From positions 68,811 through 132,810 of the forward strand of contig NZ_RAVX01000011.1 of assembly GCF_003611605.1 (NCBI RefSeq): DNA of 64,000 bases, written 5' to 3'. This DNA is from Corallococcus sp. AB011P. Lineage in GTDB: Bacteria; Myxococcota; Myxococcia; Myxococcales; Myxococcaceae. The notes beneath the pieces were generated by a model. It was given only the letters and a program-made list of their open reading frames with translations. It ran no database searches and had not been told where the DNA came from. The position numbers and the translations under genes are program-made. Below are positions 1-8,977 of this stretch, one piece after another (position 1 is the stretch's first letter; the number at the start of each line of letters is the position of its first letter).

Positions 1-1031
1 CCGGCCGCGGCCTCTCGCAGCGCGTCCGCCACCGCCGCCGAGCGCGAGCCGTCGTCCACGATGCACAGCTCCCAGTGCGGGTACACCTGCGCGCGCACGG
101 ACGCGACGCATGCGCGGAGGACGTCCACCGGCGTCTCCCAGGCGGGCGTGACCAGGCTGAACCGCGGCTGGCGCTCCAGCCGGGCCAGCGCGGCGGTCGC
201 GTCGCGGACCTCGCGGGCCTCCTGCGCCAGGGCTTCGCGCGTGTACGTCTCCGGAGCGGGCAAGAGCACGGCGGGACGGGCCGCGCCCAGGAGGTGCCGC
301 AACAGGCGGACGGTCGCGTGATTGAAGGCGACCTGCCGCCGCCACAGCTCGCGCCACAGGGGCAGGCCCACCGCTCCGGCCTCTTGCGACAGCACGTCGC
401 AGCGGGCCTCCAGCGCATCCAGCGCCTCGGCGGCGCCCTCGGTCCGCAAGGGCCATCCGGATCCAGAGAGCAGGTCCACGACCGCGAGGTTCCAGGCCCG
501 CTGCGCCTCCAGCCCTGGCACGGAAGGAAGCCACCGGCCCACCGCGCCCAGGGGCCGCGGATCCGCGAGGCGTGAGAGGTCCTCGCGCGCCAGCTCCGGC
601 AGCGTCCGCTCCGGCCGCCGGATCAACGCCCTCAGCCGCAGGTCGAAGCGCAGCTGGCGGTCCAGCACCCACCGCTGCAAGGGCGAAAGCCCCCGCGTTC
701 CCCAGCGTTTGGCGGCGGTGATAACCGGGCCCCAGCGCGCGCGGTGCGACCGCGGTACGTCGAAGCCCAGCACCTCGACGAAGACATCGTGCGGCGGATG
801 CGCTCGACCGTCGGGAGATCCTGACGCGGACGCCGCAGCGGACGATGGCTTCCGGTCGGTCGACGCCAACGTCGCGACCTCGGCAGCTGAGGATGGTTTC
901 CGGTCGGCTGGGGTCAACGTCGCGACCTCCGCAGCAGAGGAGGGCTTCCGGTCAGCAGGGCCCGACGTCACACCCTCGACGCGTGGTGTCTCTCGCGGGC
1001 CACGAGGGCCGTCACTGCCGGCGGCGCCCAT
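1..1031 (-). CDS. Glycosyltransferase family 2 protein, N-terminal 343 aa only; gene continues past the left window edge
   Basis: Reverse-strand translation from the ATG at 1031 gives MGAAGSDGPRGP... A little before the window edge it reads QVYPHWELCIVDDGS, the canonical GT2 nucleotide-binding motif. The N-terminus contains three 16-aa repeats (DRKPSSAAEVATL). Confidence 0.55.
   Translation of the reverse strand, partial: MGAAGSDGPRGPRETPRVEGVTSGPADRKPSSAAEVATLTPADRKPSSAAEVATLASTDRKPSSAAASASGSPDGRAHPPHDVFVEVLGFDVPRSHRARWGPVITAAKRWGTRGLSPLQRWVLDRQLRFDLRLRALIRRPERTLPELAREDLSRLADPRPLGAVGRWLPSVPGLEAQRAWNLAVVDLLSGSGWPLRTEGAAEALDALEARCDVLSQEAGAVGLPLWRELWRRQVAFNHATVRLLRHLLGAARPAVLLPAPETYTREALAQEAREVRDATAALARLERQPRFSLVTPAWETPVDVLRACVASVRAQVYPHWELCIVDDGSRSAAVADALREAAA
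841..984. repeat. Three tandem 48-bp repeats (third degenerate) inside the partial GT2 gene
   Basis: The unit gacgatggcttccggtcggtcgacgccaacgtcgcgacctcggcagct recurs at 841, 889 and 937. Confidence 0.7.
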
Positions 1032-1035
1032 CGTC

Positions 1036-2457
1036 TCAGCGTCCGTTGCCGGATTTGATCCGGTTCGCCAGGGCCTTGAGCGTGCCGTGGACCCAGGGGA
1101 TGCCATGCACGCGGGCGTTCAGTGCATCCACCACCCGGTGGCGGAACTCCCGGGCCTGGAGCGTCTCGTCGCGGATCCGCGCCACTGCGTCCACCCAGGC
1201 CTCCAGGGGGCGCACCAGCCAGGTCCCCGGAGCCACGGCGACGGCCGGCGGCTCGCGCGGCCCCCGCACCTCGCACGAGGCAATGCCACCCACGAACACC
1301 GGAGGAAACAGCGCCCCCATCCGCGCGGGCAGGTCCTCGAGTCCCGACTCCATCGCCACCGGGAAGGGCCCGATGCGACTACGGTCGATGACCATCGCGT
1401 GGACGAGCTCCGGGTGGAGCACCAACTGCTCCACCTCCAGCCGCTCGCCCAGAGGGAACGGCACCTTCGCGCGCACATAGGGCGGGGTCCCCTCCCCGGA
1501 CGCCCACTCGGTGCGGAACGCCCGCGCCAAAGCCCAGGCCTCACGGCCCGTCTGGAGCGCGCGCACCAACTCCACGAAGTGACGCGGGTACACCACGCAC
1601 CGAGCATCCACGAACGCCAGGTACTGTCCCCGGACCTCGCGCATGGCCTCCGCGTACAGGGCCCCCGAGGGCGCGCGTACGGTGCGCGCCTGGAACGACC
1701 CCAGCCTGCCGTAGCGCTCCAGCGCCGCCTCCGCGGCGGACAGGTCCACACCTTCGGGCGCCGCGAGCAACAGCTCCAGCGGCTGCTGCTCCTGACAAGC
1801 CAGCGCGAAGAGGGTCTCGTCGAGCGCCGCGTCCCGCGTCCCCGGCTCCACCGTGACGACGACGCTCAGCAGCCCCGCCACCGGTGCGCGCACGGGCCCG
1901 TCCGGCACCGCGACGTAGAGCCCCTCTTCCACCTGCGTGGACGGCGACAGTTGGGCCAGCAGCGCCCGCAGCGCCTGCGCGGTGTCCTCCGCCAGCGCCG
2001 TGCCCCCGGGCGCGCACGGCACCACCTCGCGGTGCGCCACGCGGTAGCCCGCCTCGGCCAGCCGCCGCAGCATCCGCTGTTCGGAGAGCCCCGCGCGCAC
2101 CGGCGCTTCCCCCGTCAGCGCGCCCATCAGCGCCCGCGCCGAGCCTGCGTTGCGCAGGCTGAACACCAGCTCCGCCCCCGGCGCCTCGCGCCGCAGCGCC
2201 TCCAGCCCCGCCTCCAGCACCCGCTCGACCGCGTCGCCCTCCAGCACCACCAGCGCCGGCGCGGGGCCCTTGCCCCGCTTCCACTCCGGCCCCGGCAGCT
2301 CCCGCACGGAGCCGCCCCGCGCCCGCAGGGCCTCCGCCAGCGCTGGCGACGCGCCCACCAGGCACACCGCCGCGCCCGCGCGCGCACGCGACAGCACCAG
2401 CGCCACCCACCGCTCGGACGCGGCGGACGGGGGCACCTCTTCGGACAGAGCGTTCAC
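1036..2457 (-). CDS. Hypothetical methyltransferase/glycosyltransferase-like protein of the polysaccharide locus
   Basis: The 602-aa track ORF at 1036..2844 has an Arg-rich junk N-terminus that overlaps the GT2 gene. The likely true start is the GTG at 2455-2457, which overlaps the TGA of the upstream gene (GTGA). The remaining 473 aa have a GT2-like second half (YLAFVDARCVV). Confidence 0.4.
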   Translation of the reverse strand: MNALSEEVPPSAASERWVALVLSRARAGAAVCLVGASPALAEALRARGGSVRELPGPEWKRGKGPAPALVVLEGDAVERVLEAGLEALRREAPGAELVFSLRNAGSARALMGALTGEAPVRAGLSEQRMLRRLAEAGYRVAHREVVPCAPGGTALAEDTAQALRALLAQLSPSTQVEEGLYVAVPDGPVRAPVAGLLSVVVTVEPGTRDAALDETLFALACQEQQPLELLLAAPEGVDLSAAEAALERYGRLGSFQARTVRAPSGALYAEAMREVRGQYLAFVDARCVVYPRHFVELVRALQTGREAWALARAFRTEWASGEGTPPYVRAKVPFPLGERLEVEQLVLHPELVHAMVIDRSRIGPFPVAMESGLEDLPARMGALFPPVFVGGIASCEVRGPREPPAVAVAPGTWLVRPLEAWVDAVARIRDETLQAREFRHRVVDALNARVHGIPWVHGTLKALANRIKSGNGR

Positions 2458-3310
2458 CAGCGCCTCCGAGCGAACTCCAGGTGGTGCCGGAAGTCCGCGA
2501 TGCCCGAGAACCGCCGCCCGGGCTTGAGGATGTCGGGCGTCTGGAACGGCTCGCCGCCCAGCAGCGCGTACTCCCGCAGGCGGGCGTTCATGAAGGCCGC
2601 GTCCCCGTACTTCGCCCCGAGCAGGGCCGCGCTGCGGCGGACCATCCGCTCGCGCACGGGGCTCTCCTCCCGGGTGACGGTGTAGTGGTGCACCAGCGCG
2701 GCGGGCGCCACCCGGATGGACAGCCCGGACGCCCTCGCTCGCCACGACAGGTCCACGTCCTCGCAGTACATGAAGAAGCGCTCGTCGAAGCCACCCACCC
2801 GCGCGTGCAGCTTCTTCGTCATCAGCAGCACGCAGCCGCTGCACCAGGGCGTCTCACCCGTCGACGGATGGTACGGCTTGGGGTGCTCGTCCGGGAACAG
2901 CCGGGCCTCCACCAGCCCCGTGTCCGCCCGCTGATCCGCCTCCCGCGCCAGCTCCCGCACGCAGTCCGGATGCAGCAGCCCGTCCGGGTTCACGCAGACG
3001 TAGTACCGCGCCCCGCCCGAGCCGAAGGCCTCCGCCATCATCCGGTTGTGCGCGGCCCCGAAGCCCAGGTTCCTCCCGGCGTGCCGGTAGTCCGCGTCCG
3101 CGTCCAGCCGCGCCACCCGCGCGCGCAGCGTGTCGTCCGGCGAGTTGTCCAGCCAGACGACCCGGAACGCGGGCGCACCCGGGGCCTCGCGGTTCCACCG
3201 GAGCGACTCCCACAGCCGCTCCAGCTCCCGCTCCGGGTTCCGGTAAAGCACGATGCCCAGCCAGATGCCCGGCCCCCCCCCGTTCGCCGAAGCAGGGCCG
3301 CTCACGATCC
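2454..3310 (-). CDS. Glycosyltransferase family 2 (rhamnosyltransferase-like), O-antigen/polysaccharide biosynthesis
   Basis: GT2 hallmarks are present (VVWLDNSPDD, YYVCVNPDG, CEDVDLSWRA). The ORF lists an ATG at 3419 but it overlaps wzt. A GTG near 3308 (VSGPAS...) is the more plausible start. Confidence 0.7.
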
Positions 3311-4612
3311 GACGTCTCGCACTGGCGCCACGCGAGCCGCGGCGCCCTCCACGATCCACCGGTGAGGAGGCCGCGTCACGCCTCCGTCCTGCACGCTGGA
3401 GCGCACCTCGAAGGTGCACGCCTCCTCACGCTTCTCCCGCACCTGCCCCGCCCGGTCGCGCACCACCACCGTGAACGCGTAGCGCCCCGCGGTGAGGCCC
3501 AGCCGGTCCACCACGAAGCGCACCGTCCCGCTGCCGGCCGCCGCCGCGCAGAAGGGCACGTCCTCCGCGAACGTGTCCGTGGCGTGAACCAGCACCCCGT
3601 CCGCCCGGGTGAGCTCCAGCCCCAGGCCCAGCTCCGGCGCGGGCGTGCGCGCGGTGTACGCCACGCTCAGCTCCAGGCCGTCCTCCGTGTCCACGCACTC
3701 CACCGCCCCGCCGTCCCGGCCCCGCAGCCGCACCGCGTCCACGGTGAGCGGGGACGGTTCGCCCTGGGACGCCGCCAGCGACGGCAGCGCACCGCCGTCC
3801 GACGCCAGCGCGGGCGACTCCATGGACATGCCGCGCTCCTCCGCCAGCGCCACCGCGCGGCGGTAGCTGCGGATGACGTCCGCGGGCGGGCCGAACTCGC
3901 GGATGCGCCCGGCGTCGATCCACGCGCCCAGGTCGCACCAGCGCTCCAGCGTCCCCAGGTCGTGGGTGACGATGACGATGGTCTTCCCGGCCCGCTTGAA
4001 CTCCGTCATCTTCGCCAGGCTCTTCTTGCCGAAGTGCTCGTCACCGACGGCGAGGATCTCGTCGATGATGAGGATGTCCGGGTCCACGTGCGTGGCCACG
4101 GAGAACGCCAGGCGCATGTACATGCCGCTGGAGTAGGTGCGCACCGGCTCGTCGATGAAGTCGCCCAGCTCGCTGAAGGCGATGATCTCATCCATGCGCG
4201 CCTTCACCTCCGCGCGCGACATCCCCAGGATGATGCCGTTGATGAGGATGTTCTCCCGGCCGGAGAAGTCCGGGTGGAAGCCCGCGCCCAGGTCCAACAG
4301 CGCGCTGATGCGCCCGTTGATGTCGATGGTGCCCGTGGTGGGCGTGTAGATGCCGGTGATGAGCTTGAGCAGCGTGCTCTTGCCGGAGCCGTTGCGCCCG
4401 ATGATGCCCACCGTCTTGCCGCGGGGCACCACCAGGTCAATGCCCCGGAGCGCTTCGATCATGGACCTGCCGTCCGTGTCGCGCTGGCCGCGAAGGAGGC
4501 GGATGAGCTCCGACTTGATGGTGGTGTACTCGCGCCGGATGGTGCTCTTCCGGAAGCGCTTCACCACGTTGCGGAGCACGATGGCGTCCGGAGACGCGAT
4601 GGCACTGGTCAT
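3302..4612 (-). CDS. wzt: Polysaccharide/O-antigen ABC transporter ATP-binding protein with C-terminal carbohydrate-binding extension
   Basis: It has Walker A GRNGSGKST, a signature YSSGMYMRLAF and Walker B ILIIDE, plus a roughly 190-aa C-terminal extension typical of Wzt. The true start is the ATG at 4610-4612 (MTSAIASP), which overlaps the wzm stop as ATGA. Confidence 0.85.
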   Translation of the reverse strand: MTSAIASPDAIVLRNVVKRFRKSTIRREYTTIKSELIRLLRGQRDTDGRSMIEALRGIDLVVPRGKTVGIIGRNGSGKSTLLKLITGIYTPTTGTIDINGRISALLDLGAGFHPDFSGRENILINGIILGMSRAEVKARMDEIIAFSELGDFIDEPVRTYSSGMYMRLAFSVATHVDPDILIIDEILAVGDEHFGKKSLAKMTEFKRAGKTIVIVTHDLGTLERWCDLGAWIDAGRIREFGPPADVIRSYRRAVALAEERGMSMESPALASDGGALPSLAASQGEPSPLTVDAVRLRGRDGGAVECVDTEDGLELSVAYTARTPAPELGLGLELTRADGVLVHATDTFAEDVPFCAAAAGSGTVRFVVDRLGLTAGRYAFTVVVRDRAGQVREKREEACTFEVRSSVQDGGVTRPPHRWIVEGAAARVAPVRDVGS

Positions 4613-5445
4613 ATGAACTCCGCGAAGTCCTCGCGGCGGCGCTCGAAGATGCCCGCCGCGATCCACAGCAGCGCCAGGGAAATGCCCAACCACATCAGGA
4701 GCGGGCCGGGCTGCGGCAGCTGGTGTTCGTAGAAGATGGCCTGGTAGGACGTCACCATCACCCCCATGGGGTTGAGCAGCACGACCGGCGCCCGGACCGC
4801 CTCTGGCAGCGAGTCCACCCGGTAGAACACCGGCGTGACGAAGAACCACATCGTCAGCAGGTTGGCGATGATCTGCTGCAGGTCCCGGAACGTCACGTTG
4901 AGCGCGGACACGATGTAGACGAGCGCCACCGTCATGCACAGCTGGGTGAGCATCACCACCGGGAAGGCCACCACGTGCCAGGTGGGCACGTAGCCCAGGA
5001 GCAGCCCCAGCGCCACCATCAGCGGCAGGGACAGCACGTAGTTGCACAGGTTGGTCACCACCACCGTGGCCGGCAGCACCTGCGCGGGGAAGCGCACCTT
5101 GGTGAGCAGGTCGCGCCGGTCACTGATGGCGCTGGCGCCGGTCCCCAGGGACGTGGCGAACCAGATCCATGGGAGCAACCCCACGAAGACGAAGAACGTG
5201 TACCCGGGGATGTTCTGCCGCATGTAGACGGTGAACAGCAGCGAGTAGACGCCCATCTGGAGCATCGGGTTGAGGAACGTCCAGAAGAAGCCGAGCACCG
5301 AGTTCCGGTACCGCGCCTTCAGCTCGCGCTGGGTCAGGCTGAGCAGGAGGCCCCGGTACAGGTAGAGCTCACGGAGGTTGCGAAGCATGCGGCGCCATCC
5401 ATACCTCAAGCCCCCGGAAGGTGTCAGGCACGGGACTCCAGCCAT
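4609..5445 (-). CDS. wzm: ABC-2 type polysaccharide/O-antigen exporter permease
   Basis: The protein is ABC-2 permease-like with six predicted TM segments (…YRNSVLGFFWTFLNPML…). An alternative start is MLRNL at 5390. Confidence 0.85.
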   Translation of the reverse strand: MAGVPCLTPSGGLRYGWRRMLRNLRELYLYRGLLLSLTQRELKARYRNSVLGFFWTFLNPMLQMGVYSLLFTVYMRQNIPGYTFFVFVGLLPWIWFATSLGTGASAISDRRDLLTKVRFPAQVLPATVVVTNLCNYVLSLPLMVALGLLLGYVPTWHVVAFPVVMLTQLCMTVALVYIVSALNVTFRDLQQIIANLLTMWFFVTPVFYRVDSLPEAVRAPVVLLNPMGVMVTSYQAIFYEHQLPQPGPLLMWLGISLALLWIAAGIFERRREDFAEFI

Positions 5446-5499
5446 CCACGCGAAAGCCCGTCTGGCTGGCAGCCCTCGCGACCCTCCGTGAGGACGTCT

Positions 5500-5540
5500 G
5501 GGAAAAGAAAAAGGCCCCCTGGTTTCCCAGAGGGCCTTTG
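5500..5540 (-). terminator. Rho-independent terminator downstream of the tRNA-Gly pair
   Basis: On the minus strand a GC hairpin (aggccctctgg/ccagggggcct) is followed by TTTTTCTTTTCCC. Confidence 0.5.
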
Positions 5541-5542
5541 AT

Positions 5543-5617
5543 TGGAGCGGGAAAAGGGATTTGAACCCTCGACCCTCGCCTTGGCAAGGCGATGCTCTAC
5601 CGCTGAGCTATTCCCGC
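5543..5617 (-). tRNA. tRNA-Gly (anticodon GCC), CCA encoded
   Basis: The reverse complement is GCGGGAATAGCTCAGCGGTAGAGCATCGCCTTGCCAAGGCGAGGGTCGAGGGTTCAAATCCCTTTTCCCGCTCCA. It folds as a cloverleaf with anticodon loop CTTGCCAAG. Confidence 0.9.
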
Positions 5618-5647
5618 ATCAGGTACTGCGGTGCTGCGTGCTTCGTT

Positions 5648-5722
5648 TGGAGCGGGAAAAGGGATTTGAACCCTCGACCCTCGCCTTGGCAAGGCGATGC
5701 TCTACCGCTGAGCTATTCCCGC
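5648..5722 (-). tRNA. tRNA-Gly (anticodon GCC), identical second copy
   Basis: This is an identical 75-nt copy 105 bp upstream of the first, separated from it by a 30-bp spacer. Confidence 0.9.
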
Positions 5723-5804
5723 ATCAGGTACCGCTGTGTTGCTTGCCACCCGGTTGGTGCCGCGCCGGAGGTGGGGTGCGATATACAGAGGCCCTTCGGA
5801 CACG

Positions 5805-6494
5805 TCAAACACTTTTCGCATCCGGATCCGTGCTGCCCCGGCGGGCAAGCATGTTGAGGAACGCGCGAAAGTAGACGACGGCGCTCCACACGGAGAACGC
5901 ACCCGACAGGTACACCAGCACCTTGCCCACCTGGTTGTAGTCCACGGTGACGACGCGGAAGCCCACGTCCAGCGGGTGCACGTAGTGGACGCACAGGGAG
6001 ATGATCCCCACCAGCTGGAGGGACGTCTTCCACTTCCCCTCCTGCCCCGCGGCGATGACCATGCCTTCACTGGCGGCGATGGTGCGCAGGCCGGTGACGA
6101 TGAACTCGCGGGCCAGGAGCACGATGACGACCCAGGCGGCGATGCGGCCCAGGCGCACCATCATCACCAGGGCGGCCATGGCGATGAGCTTGTCCGCCAG
6201 CGGATCCATGAACTTGCCCACCACGGTGATGAGGTTCCAGCGGCGGGCCAGGTAGCCGTCAATCACGTCGGTGATGGCGGCCAGCGCGAACACCAGGGCG
6301 GCCACCAGCGAGTGCAGGGGATCCGCGTCGTAGGTGAGCCAGACGAACACGGGGATGAGGAGGATGCGCCCCAGCGTCAGCATGTTGGGCAGGTTCCAGA
6401 ACTCCTGCACCAGGATGCTGGGACGGCGGGACGCGCGGCGGCGGGCCCGCTCCTCGCGCTTGCGCTGCTTCCTGAGGGCTCGCTCGGTGGCCAT
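5805..6494 (-). CDS. pgsA: CDP-diacylglycerol--glycerol-3-phosphate 3-phosphatidyltransferase
   Basis: It carries the CDP-alcohol phosphatidyltransferase motif DVIDGYLAR...GKFMDPLADK and is a multi-TM protein. The Lys/Arg-rich N-terminal 37 aa may be spurious, and an alternative start at 6383 is possible. Confidence 0.8.
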   Translation of the reverse strand: MATERALRKQRKREERARRRASRRPSILVQEFWNLPNMLTLGRILLIPVFVWLTYDADPLHSLVAALVFALAAITDVIDGYLARRWNLITVVGKFMDPLADKLIAMAALVMMVRLGRIAAWVVIVLLAREFIVTGLRTIAASEGMVIAAGQEGKWKTSLQLVGIISLCVHYVHPLDVGFRVVTVDYNQVGKVLVYLSGAFSVWSAVVYFRAFLNMLARRGSTDPDAKSV

Positions 6495-6505
6495 GGGCGC
6501 GCGTT

Positions 6506-8266
6506 CTACCGGACCCCGAGTGCGATGAGGGCAAATCCTTCACCGCCCAGCTCCACCGCCGCCTTCAGTGTCTCCCCGCCAGCGGAGGTCACGAGCGGCA
6601 CCACGCGGGGCGTGAGGTTGCCCACCCAGCCCACCAGGTGCGTGAGGGGCACCATCACCGGCTGGTCCATGGCCACCGGCACCGAGCGCAGCGGACCCGT
6701 CAGGCTGAGCAGCACCCGCCCCTGCCCGCGCAGGTGCACCAGGTCCAGGTCCTGGGCCAGGTCCGACGGCACGCGGCCGTTCTCGAAGACGACGGGCTCC
6801 TCGAAGGCGAAGACGCACGCGTCGCGCAGGTAGACGGACTCGTCGTCCAGGGAGACAGCGACCCACTGCCGCCCGGACACGGGCTCCAGGTGCAGCGTCC
6901 CCTGCCCCCGGGCGCGCACCATGGACTGGTCGCCCTCGCCAAAGGGCTTGTCCGTGGCCCGGCCCCGGAAGCGCTTCATCTCCGGCTGGAAGGTGACCTG
7001 GCCGCGCACGGCGATCAGCCCCTCCAGGCGCGTGAGCAGCTCGCCCTCCACCGCGAGCGCCATGGCGGACGCGCCCTGGGTGAAGGGCTGGCCCGGCGCC
7101 GCGCCCGGCAGCGCCACCGAGGGCACCCACGCGGTGAGCACGGGCGGATTCGCGCCCGCTCCGGCGTCAGTCGAGGAAGGCGGCTCGGCGGAGCGGGTCA
7201 GCTGAACCGGCGCGGCGGGCCGGGTCGCTTCCGGCGGCTCGCTCGTGGCCAGCGCGGCGAAGGTCTCCGCGAAGGCGTCGCCGGGCTCCGACTCCAGGTC
7301 GGACGCGAGGACGGGCGGCTCCTCGGAGACCTCGATCTCCTCCGACACCGGCGTGGGGGGCAGCTCGTCGGCGACCTCGACGTCGGCCCCGGAGGTGTCC
7401 GCGTCCGTGGTGGCGGCGAGCTCCGCGTCTTCCTCGAAGGTGCTCGCGCCAGCGGCGAGGCTGGGGTCCTCATCCTCCTGGACCTGGGTCGCGGCGCGCG
7501 AGGTGAAGGCGTGGTCGTCCGTGGGAGCGGGCGGGCCCTCTTCCTCCGCGAAGAGCAGGTCATCGTCCGGTGCCTTCGCGGCGGCCTGGGGCGGCGGCGC
7601 GGCGGGGGTGCGAGGAGCGCGGGGCGCCTCATCCAGACCGAACTGGGCTCCCCAGTCGCTCTCGCCAGAAGCAGACGTGGTCGCGGGCGGCGCGGCGGTG
7701 GCGGGCTCCTCCTCCTCGCGCGGACGGGCCGGCGCGGGGGCCGCGGGCGGACGGCTGTAGACCTCGCCAGCGATGGCGCGCGACATCTTCTCCGCCATGG
7801 CGTCGCTGCCGGACAGCAGGAAGTGCTCGCGCGCGCGGCCGTACTCGCCCATCTGGGCGAAGGTCAGGCCCAGGTAGTTGTGGGCCTTCTTGTGGTCCGG
7901 GGCCAGGTCGGTGGCGGTCTCGAACTCGCGCGCCGCGCGCTGGAGCGCGTTCGTCTTCAGGTAGACGAGCCCCAGGTTCACCCGCAGCGTGGGGTCCACC
8001 GGGTTGTCCCGCACGAGCATCTCGTACAGGTCGGCGGCGCGGTCGAAGAGGCCCAGCTTGAAATACGTCAGGCCCAGGAGGTTCTGGGCCTTCTCGTGGC
8101 GCGGCTGGAGCTGGTGCGCACGCTCCAGGAAGTCCTTCGCTTCGGTGACCTTGCCGGCGCCCAGCAGCTCGCTCCCGCGATGGAGCTGCTGCAGGAACTC
8201 CTCGTCAGCGGGGCCCGGTGGCTTCGTCCCCTTCGTGCGCGTCGTCATTCTCGGGTGTGGGCTCAC
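6506..8266 (-). CDS. TPR-repeat protein with low-complexity linker and C-terminal AIM24-like (DUF124) domain
   Basis: The N-terminus has TPR helices, the middle is Pro/Ala/Glu-rich, and the last roughly 200 aa resemble AIM24/TRAP-like beta-rich domains. Confidence 0.55.
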   Translation of the reverse strand: MSPHPRMTTRTKGTKPPGPADEEFLQQLHRGSELLGAGKVTEAKDFLERAHQLQPRHEKAQNLLGLTYFKLGLFDRAADLYEMLVRDNPVDPTLRVNLGLVYLKTNALQRAAREFETATDLAPDHKKAHNYLGLTFAQMGEYGRAREHFLLSGSDAMAEKMSRAIAGEVYSRPPAAPAPARPREEEEPATAAPPATTSASGESDWGAQFGLDEAPRAPRTPAAPPPQAAAKAPDDDLLFAEEEGPPAPTDDHAFTSRAATQVQEDEDPSLAAGASTFEEDAELAATTDADTSGADVEVADELPPTPVSEEIEVSEEPPVLASDLESEPGDAFAETFAALATSEPPEATRPAAPVQLTRSAEPPSSTDAGAGANPPVLTAWVPSVALPGAAPGQPFTQGASAMALAVEGELLTRLEGLIAVRGQVTFQPEMKRFRGRATDKPFGEGDQSMVRARGQGTLHLEPVSGRQWVAVSLDDESVYLRDACVFAFEEPVVFENGRVPSDLAQDLDLVHLRGQGRVLLSLTGPLRSVPVAMDQPVMVPLTHLVGWVGNLTPRVVPLVTSAGGETLKAAVELGGEGFALIALGVR

Positions 8267-8894
8267 GGCTGCTGGCCTCGGCCTGGGCGAGCCGCTCGCG
8301 CTCCTTGTAGTGTTGGTAGAGCTGGAGGACCTTGCGCACGTATTCCTGCGTCTCGGCGTACGGCGGCACCTGGCCTCCGTACTTCTTCACCGCGTCAGGC
8401 CCGGCGTTGTACGCGGCGACCATCTTCACCATGTCGCCGTCGAACATGTTGGCCAGCACGCGCAGGTACCGCACGCCGCCCTCGATGTTTTCCTTCGAGT
8501 CGAAGATGTCCTTCACGTACATGTCCGACGCGGTGCCCGGCATGAGCTGCATCAACCCGCTGGCGCCCTTGTGGCTGAGCGCGTTCGGGTTGAAGTTGCT
8601 CTCCGTGTGCATGATGGCGCGCACCAGCGCCGGCGGGATGCGATAGCGCAGCGCCGCGGTGGTGATGTGCGGATCCAGCTCCGCGGGCGTCCGCGAGCGG
8701 CCCCGCACGGGCGCGGACTTGGCCGGCGCGGGCGTGAAGGTCCCGGACAGCTTGCGGGCCTTGCGCGCGCCTCCGGGCGGCACGTTCGTGTAGACGATGG
8801 TGCCGTCCTTCTCCACGTAGCTGTAGATACCGTCCGAGGCGGCGGCCGGGAGGGCGGCGGTCAGCAGGACGACGAGGGCGGTCAGGACACGCAT
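8205..8894 (-). CDS. Lytic transglycosylase (SLT domain) with signal peptide
   Basis: The SLT catalytic motif is present (ES...GLMQL...AYNAG), preceded by an N-terminal signal peptide. Confidence 0.8.
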   Translation of the reverse strand: MRVLTALVVLLTAALPAAASDGIYSYVEKDGTIVYTNVPPGGARKARKLSGTFTPAPAKSAPVRGRSRTPAELDPHITTAALRYRIPPALVRAIMHTESNFNPNALSHKGASGLMQLMPGTASDMYVKDIFDSKENIEGGVRYLRVLANMFDGDMVKMVAAYNAGPDAVKKYGGQVPPYAETQEYVRKVLQLYQHYKERERLAQAEASSREPTPENDDAHEGDEATGPR

Positions 8895-8977
8895 GGCGGC
8901 GGTGCGAAACCTTAGACAACGCCCGGAAAGTCCTCAAGAAAACGCCTTGTTTCCAGCACTTACCGCCATTAAGGCTG

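Noticed and set aside
322-2685. 787-aa plus-strand ORF; also 75..575, 845..1480 and 1541..2410
   Set aside because: They are antisense to or overlap the GT2 and glycosyltransferase genes. Their composition is extremely Arg/Ala/Gly/Pro-rich with no domain signatures. This is the classic high-GC shadow-ORF artefact.
3362-4732. 456-aa plus-strand ORF inside wzt; also 3426..3938 and 4723..5541
   Set aside because: They are antisense to a well-supported ABC ATPase and permease and have low-complexity RHQ-rich translations.
3302-5047. ORF-track extension of wzt to 581 aa
   Set aside because: The N-terminal 146 aa are Gly/Ala/Arg-rich junk that overlaps wzm in another frame. The genuine ABC ATPase starts at MTSAIASP (ATG 4610-4612).
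6638-8545. 635-aa plus-strand ORF; also 6540..7130 minus
   Set aside because: It is antisense to the TPR-AIM24 gene and is Arg/Gly-rich low-complexity sequence.
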